Source: Hormiphora californensis
Taxonomy: Eukaryota > Animalia > Ctenophora
Direction of reading: 5' to 3'
Assembly: GCA_020137815.1 (NCBI GenBank)
Contig: CM035350.1
Coordinates: 5,022,001 to 5,086,000, forward strand
DNA: 64,000 bases
Shown here piece by piece: positions 1-36,128 of this stretch (positions within the stretch are counted from its first letter, which is position 1; every line of letters starts with the position of its first letter). The notes below the pieces were generated by a model. That model was given only the letters and a program-made list of their open reading frames with translations, was not told where the DNA came from and made no database searches. The position numbers and the translations under genes are program-made.

Positions 1-381
1 TTTTTTTTGAAAATTCACTAACCCCAACACCGATTGGCATCACTTTCCAACAGCCGAAGAGAAGCTGCCGAAGAGAGAAAGGGGGTAACTGTATGAAGAG
101 TTAATCGCGATGAGTCTCATTCACATTGGGTTCGATCATTTGCCCCCGGTGTTGGGGTTAGTAATAAATCTTAAAATCACTCACTCAAATAAATAATAAA
201 TCTTACAAATAAAATCTCACACACGATTCAGATATTGAAGTCAATACTGCCAAGTCCTACTGGGTTGTATTTAATTCGACATCCCCTCAGAGATCTCAAT
301 GTTGCGATCAGCAAGCAGAATCTCAGCCTCCTTCTGATAGCTGCCAACGCCTGATCTAACCAATCCTACTATCATGATACA

Positions 382-1103
382 CATTGGGTTTTCGAAAAAA
401 CGGCCATTACAATTTTGGCGAGGCGGGTAAATCGTTTACTGTAACGCGCGAATTTCCCCAAAAAAGCGCTGCTTTTTTACGCCGCGCGCGAAACCTGAAA
501 TTACGCGCGCAGTGTAAAATTTTAAAATTCATTGAAAATTTCCTCTCGTTCGCGTTATATGTCGCCAAAAAAAAGTCGACGAAAAATTCCAAATTCGTGA
601 ATTATAAGAACTCCGGTCAGTTCTCATCTTGCCAATCCGTTTTCCGGGAACCCCTGGCCAAAGGACATTAAAATTCACATACCGAACAAGTTTCATATCG
701 ATTGGATAAGATTTTGGGTGGCTACGGTGAAAAATATCGTATTTTTGGCATTTTTAACTTTCCCGACGCGATTTACGACCCTTAAACATTGAGTTACGGG
801 AAATCGCGATCAAGTAAAATGAAGTTCAAACGATTCTCTTTCCCCACTATCGCGTTAGTTTTTTGATTTAGAGCCGTTTTCAGGGTCTTAGAAGCGTTTG
901 AAAAATGTAAGTCTTTTTGTCGCAATTACGTCACCCCGTGACGTCACTGTTGTAAAGATCGGATCAAAAATCTGAGCCCGTACTTACACCCGCCTTGGTC
1001 CAAAGTACCAGTGTACAAATTTTCAGGGGTCTAGCTCAAAAACTGTAGGAGGAGTAGGGAGAAAACAATTATCGGACTAACATTTTGGAAATTATTATAT
1101 GGA
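382..1103 (-). mobile_element. Non-autonomous Helitron-like repeat, copy 1 (~720 bp)
   Basis: Near-identical to 2126-2257 joined to 9745-10328. The minus strand begins A|TCCATATAATAA, matching the Helitron-type 5' TC. The short ORFs in it are shared between copies and have no recognisable domain. The class assignment is inference. Confidence 0.55.
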
Positions 1104-1115
1104 TAACCGGTGACA

Positions 1116-1656
1116 TAAGGAACCATAATAAAGTTCAAGAGCGCACCCCATCCAAGAGCGTATACTCCATTTTTTTTTCAACTGTTCACCCCCCAAAGTT
1201 GTGCGCGGAATTGTTTTGCGCGTTTATCACATGTTAACGTGTAGCGCGCGCCACAAAATTTCTAAATTTCATTTTTTGGGTGAACAGTTGAATAAAAATG
1301 GACTTTACCACCTCCAAAAGACACCACTCTAAGAGCGCACCACATCAAAGAGAGCTCCCCATCCAGAAGATACCGCGCGCAGGGGACACCACGCGCAGAA
1401 GAGACCGCACGCGCAAATACAACGCCGCGCTGGTCTCTTCTGCGCGTGATGTCCCCTGCGCGTGGTATCTTCTGGATGGGGAGCTCTCTTTGATGTGGTG
1501 CGCTCTTGAAGTGGTGTCTTCTGGAGGTGGTGCGCTCTTGGATGTGGTCTCTTTTGGGTATGGTGCGCTCTCAGGTGTGGTCTCTCTTCGATAGGGTGCG
1601 CTCTTGGAGGCTCTTGGAGGCTCTTGGAGGCTCTTGAACTTTATTATGGTTCCTTA
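1116..1656. mobile_element. Palindromic MITE with TA flanks (Tc1/mariner-like)
   Basis: taaggaaccataataaagttcaagag at 1116 and its reverse complement ending at 1656; internal inverted sub-repeats. Confidence 0.75.
1166..1302. mobile_element. Small MITE nested in the 1116-1656 MITE
   Basis: TIRs tccatttt..tcaactgttcaccc / gggtgaacagttgaataaaaatgga; internal sequence related to 1681-1831. Confidence 0.65.
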
Positions 1657-1680
1657 TTTGTGTTTGATTTTTAAATGATT

Positions 1681-1831
1681 AAGTCGGATTTTTTGAAGTT
1701 GTCACCCCCCTTTTCGTGCGCGGAATGTTTTTGCGCGTTACATCACATGTTAACGTGTGGTGTGCGCGTCAAAATTGATAAATTTCACATGCGCGGTCAT
1801 TTTGGGGTGACAACTTCAAAAAATCCGACTT
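1681..1831. mobile_element. MITE with ~28-bp TIRs and TTAA-like flanks
   Basis: aagtcggattttttgaagttgtcacccc / ggggtgacaacttcaaaaaatccgactt; a partial relative lies near 43290. Confidence 0.7.
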
Positions 1832-1872
1832 TAATTTGTTTGTTCCTTAGAGCAATGAGTCTCATAGTACTA

Positions 1873-2124
1873 GTAGGAGCGGTTAGATCAGCACGTGCAG
1901 AAAGTCGCGCGACGTGCGCCACCCTATTTTAATCTCAGGTTACTCTCACGGCTTCATTTCGCATCCAATCCAAAAGTGACGTTCATAAAACCTGCAGTAG
2001 ATCTCCTTAAGGAGAAGCGAAAACTTGAGGGACATTTCTTGATTGGATGCGACCTCGAGCTATGACAATGCACAAAAAGGGGTGGCACGCGACTTTAACC
2101 ACGTGGTGATCTAACCGCTCCTAC
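1873..2124. mobile_element. TIR-bounded element (18-bp perfect inverted repeat)
   Basis: gtaggagcggttagatca (1873-1890) / tgatctaaccgctcctac (2107-2124). Confidence 0.6.
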
Positions 2125-2425
2125 ACATTGGGTTTTTGAAAAAACGGCCATTACAATTTTGGCGAGGCGGGTAAATCATTTACTGTAACGCGCGAATTTT
2201 CCCAAAAAAGCGCTGCTTTTTTATGCCGCGCGCGGAACCTAAAATTACGCGCACAGTTTGTTTGTTTGTTTGTTTGTTTGTCACTAAACCATGGGATACG
2301 CTCAGCAAACCTCCATACCAACCCGGGTATGTGGTAACTATGGCGCTGAGTCCCTTTCTCTCCCCTGGGAGAGAAAGAGACTCATGGTTTAAATTTCTGG
2401 AACATTCGAGAGGATCTTGGTCCGT

Positions 2426-2574
2426 TAGGTAACGTTTTGCCTTTGAGGGGGTCTTGGTCGGGTAGGTAACATTTTGCCTTTGAGAGGGTCTTGGTCTTGA
2501 AAATAGGTAACGTTTTGCCTTTGAGAGGGTCTTGGTCGGGTAGGTAACGTTTTGCCTTTGAGAGGGTCTTGGTC
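2426..2574. repeat. Four copies of a ~37-bp minisatellite
   Basis: taggtaacgttttgcctttgagagggtcttggtc repeated four times. Confidence 0.85.
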
Positions 2575-3035
2575 TGGTTTGATATTTATCGTATTTGTTG
2601 GTCTGTCTGGGGCACACTCTCAAGCTATGTCTTGTCTTACTCTTAATTATTGAATAGTCAATTACATTCACAATATCAACTGTACACAATAAATGAACAA
2701 ACAATACAGACAGGTGAACTTACGACCTTGATGAATGATTGGTACCGTGATGTTGTTGGTGATGAGATGAGAGGTGTAAACATTTCCAATGGTGACAAAG
2801 AACGAAAACGATCAAACACAAACAATGGGTTGGGCAGATTGTAGCACCACTAGAGTGTAAAATGTTCTAGAAGACGATTCGGATGAGATAGATAATAACA
2901 TTTGTTAGTTGTTACACGCGATAAGCGACTTAGTGCACCAAAACACAAGGATTGTCTCTGTAGTGTGGTATTTAGCAATGTCCGCTATATTGGGAGAGGT
3001 GGGTGGGGGAGGGCGGGCGGGGGTGGGGCGGGGGG

Positions 3036-6000
3036 TAATATTGGACAAAAATGTTGCTGTAATTTAGTAATGGGACCAGGCCAGGCCCGAGAGACAGTTC
3101 AGTGGTAACTGGGAGGTCATGTGTCATGGAAATGAGAACTAGAGGCAGATTTGAGTTACATTTTATTGAGGAAAATAGCCCTTTTTAGTGTCTGAGACAA
3201 GCAAAAGTGAAACGAAATGCAACGTAACGAACTAGTAATGAATAGAATTCTGCTCTGTGACTTGTTAGTGCTCCTTTATCAAACACGCAATGGCAAAGTA
3301 CAAAGTTTCCCAAATTTAATTAAATGCGAAATTTCAAAGTTTTGGTCGATTTTGGCCAAAATTGCTGCCCTAAACTAATTATTGGACTGTGCGTTGCCGG
3401 GGAGACTGCTCGCTGGTGACTGAGAGATCATATGTTCTCGAATATTGGTATTTGAGGCGGATTTAAGTTGTATTTTAGTGAGGGGAAGAGCTAATATTGG
3501 ACAAAAATGTTGCTGTAATTTAGTAATGGGACCAGGCCAGGCCCGAGAGACAGTTCAGTGGTAACTGGGAGGTCATGTGTCATGGAAATGAGAACTAGAG
3601 GCAGATTTGAGTTACATTTTATTGAGGAAAATAGCCCTTTTTAGTGTCTGAGACAAGCAAAAGTGAAACGAAATGCAACGTAACGAACTAGTAATGAATA
3701 GAATTCTGCTCTGTGACTTGTTAGTGCTCCTTTATCAAACACGCAATGGCAAAGTACAAAGTTTCCCAAATTTAATTAAATGCGAAATTTCAAAGTTTTG
3801 GTCGATTTTGGCCAAAATTGCTGCCCTAAACTAATTATTGGACTGTGCGTTGCCGGGGAGACTGCTCGCTGGTGACTGAGAGATCATATGTTCTCGAATA
3901 TTGGTATTTGAGGCGGATTTAAGTTGTATTTTAGTGAGGGGAAGAGCTAATATTGGACAAAAATGTTGCTGTAATTTAGTAATGGGACCAGGCCAGGCCC
4001 GAGAGACAGTTCAGTGGTAACTGGGAGGTCATGTGTCATGGAAATGAGAACTAGAGGCAGATTTGAGTTACATTTTATTGAGGAAAATAGCCCTTTTTAG
4101 TGTCTGAGACAAGCAAAAGTGAAACGAAATGCAACGTAACGAACTAGTAATGAATAGAATTCTGCTCTGTGACTTGTTAGTGCTCCTTTATCAAACACGC
4201 AATGGCAAAGTACAAAGTTTCCCAAATTTAATTAAATGCGAAATTTCAAAGTTTTGGTCGATTTTGGCCAAAATTGCTGCCCTAAACTAATTATTGGACT
4301 GTGCGTTGCCGGGGAGACTGCTCGCTGGTGACTGAGAGATCATATGTTCTCGAATATTGGTATTTGAGGCGGATTTAAGTTGTATTTTAGTGAGGGGAAG
4401 AGCTAATATTGGACAAAAATGTTGCTGTAATTTAGTAATGGGACCAGGCCAGGCCCGAGAGACAGTTCAGTGGTAACTGGGAGGTCATGTGTCATGGAAA
4501 TGAGAACTAGAGGCAGATTTGAGTTACATTTTATTGAGGAAAATAGCCCTTTTTAGTGTCTGAGACAAGCAAAAGTGAAACGAAATGCAACGTAACGAAC
4601 TAGTAATGAATAGAATTCTGCTCTGTGACTTGTTAGTGCTCCTTTATCAAACACGCAATGGCAAAGTACAAAGTTTCCCAAATTTAATTAAATGCGAAAT
4701 TTCAAAGTTTTGGTCGATTTTGGCCAAAATTGCTGCCCTAAACTAATTATTGGACTGTGCGTTGCCGGGGAGACTGCTCGCTGGTGACTGAGAGATCATA
4801 TGTTCTCGAATATTGGTATTTGAGGCGGATTTAAGTTGTATTTTAGTGAGGGGAAGAGCTAATATTGGACAAAAATGTTGCTGTAATTTAGTAATGGGAC
4901 CAGGCCAGGCCCGAGAGACAGTTCAGTGGTAACTGGGAGGTCATGTGTCATGGAAATGAGAACTAGAGGCAGATTTGAGTTACATTTTATTGAGGAAAAT
5001 AGCCCTTTTTAGTGTCTGAGACAAGCAAAAGTGAAACGAAATGCAACGTAACGAACTAGTAATGAATAGAATTCTGCTCTGTGACTTGTTAGTGCTCCTT
5101 TATCAAACACGCAATGGCAAAGTACAAAGTTTCCCAAATTTAATTAAATGCGAAATTTCAAAGTTTTGGTCGATTTTGGCCAAAATTGCTGCCCTAAACT
5201 AATTATTGGACTGTGCGTTGCCGGGGAGACTGCTCGCTGGTGACTGAGAGATCATATGTTCTCGAATATTGGTATTTGAGGCGGATTTAAGTTGTATTTT
5301 AGTGAGGGGAAGAGCTAATATTGGACAAAAATGTTGCTGTAATTTAGTAATGGGACCAGGCCAGGCCCGAGAGACAGTTCAGTGGTAACTGGGAGGTCAT
5401 GTGTCATGGAAATGAGAACTAGAGGCAGATTTGAGTTACATTTTATTGAGGAAAATAGCCCTTTTTAGTGTCTGAGACAAGCAAAAGTGAAACGAAATGC
5501 AACGTAACGAACTAGTAATGAATAGAATTCTGCTCTGTGACTTGTTAGTGCTCCTTTATCAAACACGCAATGGCAAAGTACAAAGTTTCCCAAATTTAAT
5601 TAAATGCGAAATTTCAAAGTTTTGGTCGATTTTGGCCAAAATTGCTGCCCTAAACTAATTATTGGACTGTGCGTTGCCGGGGAGACTGCTCGCTGGTGAC
5701 TGAGAGATCATATGTTCTCGAATATTGGTATTTGAGGCGGATTTAAGTTGTATTTTAGTGAGGGGAAGAGCTAATATTGGACAAAAATGTTGCTGTAATT
5801 TAGTAATGGGACCAGGCCAGGCCCGAGAGACAGTTCAGTGGTAACTGGGAGGTCATGTGTCATGGAAATGAGAACTAGAGGCAGATTTGAGTTACATTTT
5901 ATTGAGGAAAATAGCCCTTTTTAGTGTCTGAGACAAGCAAAAGTGAAACGAAATGCAACGTAACGAACTAGTAATGAATAGAATTCTGCTCTGTGACTTG

Positions 6001-9000
6001 TTAGTGCTCCTTTATCAAACACGCAATGGCAAAGTACAAAGTTTCCCAAATTTAATTAAATGCGAAATTTCAAAGTTTTGGTCGATTTTGGCCAAAATTG
6101 CTGCCCTAAACTAATTATTGGACTGTGCGTTGCCGGGGAGACTGCTCGCTGGTGACTGAGAGATCATATGTTCTCGAATATTGGTATTTGAGGCGGATTT
6201 AAGTTGTATTTTAGTGAGGGGAAGAGCTAATATTGGACAAAAATGTTGCTGTAATTTAGTAATGGGACCAGGCCAGGCCCGAGAGACAGTTCAGTGGTAA
6301 CTGGGAGGTCATGTGTCATGGAAATGAGAACTAGAGGCAGATTTGAGTTACATTTTATTGAGGAAAATAGCCCTTTTTAGTGTCTGAGACAAGCAAAAGT
6401 GAAACGAAATGCAACGTAACGAACTAGTAATGAATAGAATTCTGCTCTGTGACTTGTTAGTGCTCCTTTATCAAACACGCAATGGCAAAGTACAAAGTTT
6501 CCCAAATTTAATTAAATGCGAAATTTCAAAGTTTTGGTCGATTTTGGCCAAAATTGCTGCCCTAAACTAATTATTGGACTGTGCGTTGCCGGGGAGACTG
6601 CTCGCTGGTGACTGAGAGATCATATGTTCTCGAATATTGGTATTTGAGGCGGATTTAAGTTGTATTTTAGTGAGGGGAAGAGCTAATATTGGACAAAAAT
6701 GTTGCTGTAATTTAGTAATGGGACCAGGCCAGGCCCGAGAGACAGTTCAGTGGTAACTGGGAGGTCATGTGTCATGGAAATGAGAACTAGAGGCAGATTT
6801 GAGTTACATTTTATTGAGGAAAATAGCCCTTTTTAGTGTCTGAGACAAGCAAAAGTGAAACGAAATGCAACGTAACGAACTAGTAATGAATAGAATTCTG
6901 CTCTGTGACTTGTTAGTGCTCCTTTATCAAACACGCAATGGCAAAGTACAAAGTTTCCCAAATTTAATTAAATGCGAAATTTCAAAGTTTTGGTCGATTT
7001 TGGCCAAAATTGCTGCCCTAAACTAATTATTGGACTGTGCGTTGCCGGGGAGACTGCTCGCTGGTGACTGAGAGATCATATGTTCTCGAATATTGGTATT
7101 TGAGGCGGATTTAAGTTGTATTTTAGTGAGGGGAAGAGCTAATATTGGACAAAAATGTTGCTGTAATTTAGTAATGGGACCAGGCCAGGCCCGAGAGACA
7201 GTTCAGTGGTAACTGGGAGGTCATGTGTCATGGAAATGAGAACTAGAGGCAGATTTGAGTTACATTTTATTGAGGAAAATAGCCCTTTTTAGTGTCTGAG
7301 ACAAGCAAAAGTGAAACGAAATGCAACGTAACGAACTAGTAATGAATAGAATTCTGCTCTGTGACTTGTTAGTGCTCCTTTATCAAACACGCAATGGCAA
7401 AGTACAAAGTTTCCCAAATTTAATTAAATGCGAAATTTCAAAGTTTTGGTCGATTTTGGCCAAAATTGCTGCCCTAAACTAATTATTGGACTGTGCGTTG
7501 CCGGGGAGACTGCTCGCTGGTGACTGAGAGATCATATGTTCTCGAATATTGGTATTTGAGGCGGATTTAAGTTGTATTTTAGTGAGGGGAAGAGCTAATA
7601 TTGGACAAAAATGTTGCTGTAATTTAGTAATGGGACCAGGCCAGGCCCGAGAGACAGTTCAGTGGTAACTGGGAGGTCATGTGTCATGGAAATGAGAACT
7701 AGAGGCAGATTTGAGTTACATTTTATTGAGGAAAATAGCCCTTTTTAGTGTCTGAGACAAGCAAAAGTGAAACGAAATGCAACGTAACGAACTAGTAATG
7801 AATAGAATTCTGCTCTGTGACTTGTTAGTGCTCCTTTATCAAACACGCAATGGCAAAGTACAAAGTTTCCCAAATTTAATTAAATGCGAAATTTCAAAGT
7901 TTTGGTCGATTTTGGCCAAAATTGCTGCCCTAAACTAATTATTGGACTGTGCGTTGCCGGGGAGACTGCTCGCTGGTGACTGAGAGATCATATGTTCTCG
8001 AATATTGGTATTTGAGGCGGATTTAAGTTGTATTTTAGTGAGGGGAAGAGCTAATATTGGACAAAAATGTTGCTGTAATTTAGTAATGGGACCAGGCCAG
8101 GCCCGAGAGACAGTTCAGTGGTAACTGGGAGGTCATGTGTCATGGAAATGAGAACTAGAGGCAGATTTGAGTTACATTTTATTGAGGAAAATAGCCCTTT
8201 TTAGTGTCTGAGACAAGCAAAAGTGAAACGAAATGCAACGTAACGAACTAGTAATGAATAGAATTCTGCTCTGTGACTTGTTAGTGCTCCTTTATCAAAC
8301 ACGCAATGGCAAAGTACAAAGTTTCCCAAATTTAATTAAATGCGAAATTTCAAAGTTTTGGTCGATTTTGGCCAAAATTGCTGCCCTAAACTAATTATTG
8401 GACTGTGCGTTGCCGGGGAGACTGCTCGCTGGTGACTGAGAGATCATATGTTCTCGAATATTGGTATTTGAGGCGGATTTAAGTTGTATTTTAGTGAGGG
8501 GAAGAGCTAATATTGGACAAAAATGTTGCTGTAATTTAGTAATGGGACCAGGCCAGGCCCGAGAGACAGTTCAGTGGTAACTGGGAGGTCATGTGTCATG
8601 GAAATGAGAACTAGAGGCAGATTTGAGTTACATTTTATTGAGGAAAATAGCCCTTTTTAGTGTCTGAGACAAGCAAAAGTGAAACGAAATGCAACGTAAC
8701 GAACTAGTAATGAATAGAATTCTGCTCTGTGACTTGTTAGTGCTCCTTTATCAAACACGCAATGGCAAAGTACAAAGTTTCCCAAATTTAATTAAATGCG
8801 AAATTTCAAAGTTTTGGTCGATTTTGGCCAAAATTGCTGCCCTAAACTAATTATTGGACTGTGCGTTGCCGGGGAGACTGCTCGCTGGTGACTGAGAGAT
8901 CATATGTTCTCGAATATTGGTATTTGAGGCGGATTTAAGTTGTATTTTAGTGAGGGGAAGAGCTAATATTGGACAAAAATGTTGCTGTAATTTAGTAATG

Positions 9001-9726
9001 GGACCAGGCCAGGCCCGAGAGACAGTTCAGTGGTAACTGGGAGGTCATGTGTCATGGAAATGAGAACTAGAGGCAGATTTGAGTTACATTTTATTGAGGA
9101 AAATAGCCCTTTTTAGTGTCTGAGACAAGCAAAAGTGAAACGAAATGCAACGTAACGAACTAGTAATGAATAGAATTCTGCTCTGTGACTTGTTAGTGCT
9201 CCTTTATCAAACACGCAATGGCAAAGTACAAAGTTTCCCAAATTTAATTAAATGCGAAATTTCAAAGTTTTGGTCGATTTTGGCCAAAATTGCTGCCCTA
9301 AACTAATTATTGGACTGTGCGTTGCCGGGGAGACTGCTCGCTGGTGACTGAGAGATCATATGTTCTCGAATATTGGTATTTGAGGCGGATTTAAGTTGTA
9401 TTTTAGTGAGGGGAAGAGCTAATATTGGACAAAAATGTTGCTGTAATTTAGTAATGGGACCAGGCCAGGCCCGAGAGACAGTTCAGTGGTAACTGGGAGG
9501 TCATGTGTCATGGAAATGAGAACTAGAGGCAGATTTGAGTTACATTTTATTGAGGAAAATAGCCCTTTTTAGTGTCTGAGACAAGCAAAAGTGAAACGAA
9601 ATGCAACGTAACGAACTAGTAATGAATAGAATTCTGCTCTGTGACTTGTTAGTGCTCCTTTATCAAACACGCAATGGCAAAGTACAAAGTTTCCCAAATT
9701 TAATTAAATGCGAAATTTCAAAGTTT
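3036..9726. repeat. Tandem array of 456-bp units, ~14.7 copies
   Basis: taatattggacaaaaatg recurs at 3036, 3492, 3948 and onward. Printed lines repeat every 2280 bp (5 x 456). I saw no differences between units and there are no variable spacers. Confidence 0.97.
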
Positions 9727-10741
9727 TAAAATTACGCGCACAGTGTAAAATTTTAAAATTCATTGAAAATTTCCTCGCGTTTTATGTCGCCAAAAAAAAG
9801 TCGACGAAAAATTCCAAATTCGTGAATTATAAGAACTCCGGTCAGTTCTCATCTTGCCAAACCGTTTTCCGGGAACCCCTGGCCAAAGGACATTAAAATT
9901 CACATACCGACCAAGTTTCATATCGATTGGATAAGATTTTGGGTGGCTACGGTGAAAAATATCGTATTTTTGGCATTTTTAACTTTCCCGACGCGATTTA
10001 CGACCCTTAAACATTGAGTTACGGGAAATCGCTATCAAGTAAAATGAAGTTCAAACGATTCTCTTTCCCCACTATTGCGTTAGTTTTTTGATTTAGAGCC
10101 GTTTTCAGGGTCTTAGAAGCGTTTGAAAAATGTAAGTCTTTTTGTCGCAATGACGTCACCCCGTGACGTCACTGCTGTAAAGATCGGATCAAAAATCTGA
10201 GCCCGTACTTACACCCGCCTTGGTCCAAAGTACCAGTGTACAAATTTTCAGGGGTCTAGCTCAAAAACTGTAGGAGGAGTAGGGAGAAAACAATTATCGG
10301 ACTAACATTTTGGAAATTATTATATGGATTTTGTATACACAGGAGAACTCAACAGTACTCAACAACAGGAGGATATTCTTTTAGAAATATAGTTTTTAAA
10401 TCTTCTTGAAATATAAACATTTTTAATGATTCCATATGAAAAGTCTTAGAATTACAGCAGAATTACAGCAGTTCACAAAGTACAGCCTCCTGCTACTGTT
10501 GGTGAACTTCATTACCCATGCCCAGGTTTTAAAAGTAACAAATCCCACCCAACAGTTTATCAGTATTCAATGTAACTTTACTTACTTGAACTTAAACATA
10601 TATCCCCTCTTGCGAAACACATATTTTATTGACATCTGCTGAACAACTAATATCACCAAATTTAGTAATGATCAATATCTTCCCCAGCAATATAGTACGT
10701 TTCGTTATGTGATAAACCAGTTCCCGAGGAGACATATCACC

Positions 10742-34768
<24,027 letters not shown>

Positions 34769-35599
34769 GTATAATATGACCATGTGATGTGACCTTGATA
34801 TTTACCCAACAGTATTGATCCTGTGTATACCAGTTTGCATTGTATAAAGTTCACTTTGAGTCGCATTGCACTTGCAGTATAATAGTAGCGATAGGTTTGT
34901 AAATGTACAACAGATTGTACAGAGAACTTTCAGTATCGTGCGACAGAGTGAGACCGAGAATAAGAAACGAAAGATGGAGGCCGGAGGGTAGGCCAAGGAA
35001 GAGAAAGACAGAGACAGAGAGGGGGACTGAGGAGAGAAAGTGCAACTGTTCACTATAGGAGTTTTACGTTAAAGTGTTACCCCCGTCTGTTATATTGCTT
35101 TTTCGATGACTGATTTTTTAAGATTACATAATAAACATATTGATTTGAATTTCCTTCATTAAACTAAAACAGCAATTTTAATTGTTTGGTTCTTTTCATG
35201 ATATTTATTTTGTGCCCTTCGTATTGTACCTGAGTGATGAAGAGGGACGAACGCTTTTAAAGGCCAGGGGTTGGTGCACCATGGTGGATCCATACGCATT
35301 GGGTTCGCGGTACGATGGAAGCATCTATAAAAATTTCTATGCGTTGCAAAACAAATTGCGCGCGCGCGTTATTTACTTCGCAATTTGTTTTGCACTGCAC
35401 ATGAAATTTTTACCAAAATTCTGAAATTTTGATTTGACTTTTCAATTTTTTGGTGCAAAATGTCGATTCTTTAACCTTTTCAATCAATTTGGCGCTGACT
35501 ACTGACTCACATATGCTATAGGTAACTGTAGGCTTCCCCCTTACACAATATACCGGACTAAAATGGTATTTTCCCGATTATAAAATATAATCCCCCTCA

Positions 35600-36128
35600 C
35601 TGAGCCCTGAGGATGGTGAATGGTCATTGGCATTTGGCCATCCGGTATCCACCAGGCTTCAGAGTACTGAGTAGGTTGAAAAGCGCTGCCTTATCCCGCG
35701 CTGCGCCAGCAGCGTTTGCCAACAGAGTAGGACAGTAGGTATAACCTGCCCCTCTTTGTCAATTTTTAGACTTTAAGGCTGCCTTTGATTCGGTTAACAG
35801 GGGGTTCGTTTGGGCTGCGTCTAGGTACTATTTTTGTTATAGGTACTATGCCATAGTAACTATGGCCTCCCCAACAAATACATCGGAATCCTCAGGACCT
35901 TCTTGCTTCTAGAATTGGGAAAGAATCAGGTGCATTCCGATGCCTCGGGAAGGTCTAATACAATCGTAGTATCCTGGAGCGGACTAAAATGCGTATCTAT
36001 AAGGCTGCCCTCTTAACCATCCTACTGTATGGGAGTGAGACCTGGAACTCTACCAATACCCAGATGCACCGTTTAGAAGTTTTGTCTTCGGTGTTTTGTC
36101 CTCGCCGTATCCTTAAAATTAGATGGTA
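35600..36128 (+). pseudogene. Degenerate RTE reverse transcriptase fragments
   Basis: Interrupted translations DFKAAFDSVNRGFVWAA..YGLPNKYI and TKMRIYKAALLTILLYGSETW parallel the intact ORF at 54089-57304. Confidence 0.75.

Larger units (their letters stand above)
2258..9726 (-). mobile_element. Non-autonomous non-LTR-type retro-insertion with (CAAA)n tail and 18-bp TSD, carrying a tandem array
   Basis: Direct repeat taaaattacgcgcacagt at 2240-2257 and 9727-9744; (tttg)n at about 2257-2280; strong stem-loop at 2347-2384; abrupt end in mid-unit at 9726. Confidence 0.75.
2126..10328 (-). mobile_element. Helitron-like repeat copy 2, split by a 7.5-kb insertion
   Basis: 2126-2257 and 9745-10328 together reconstitute the 382-1103 element. 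Confidence 0.6.

Noticed and set aside
384-671. 95-aa ORF repeated at 9708-9896
   Set aside because: It lies inside a non-autonomous repeat and has no domain signature.
3036-9726. CRISPR array or hammerhead retrozyme multimer
   Set aside because: Units have no variable spacers and the context is eukaryotic. I found no CTGANGA..GAAA core on either strand of the unit, and no 5S, tRNA or SL sequence.
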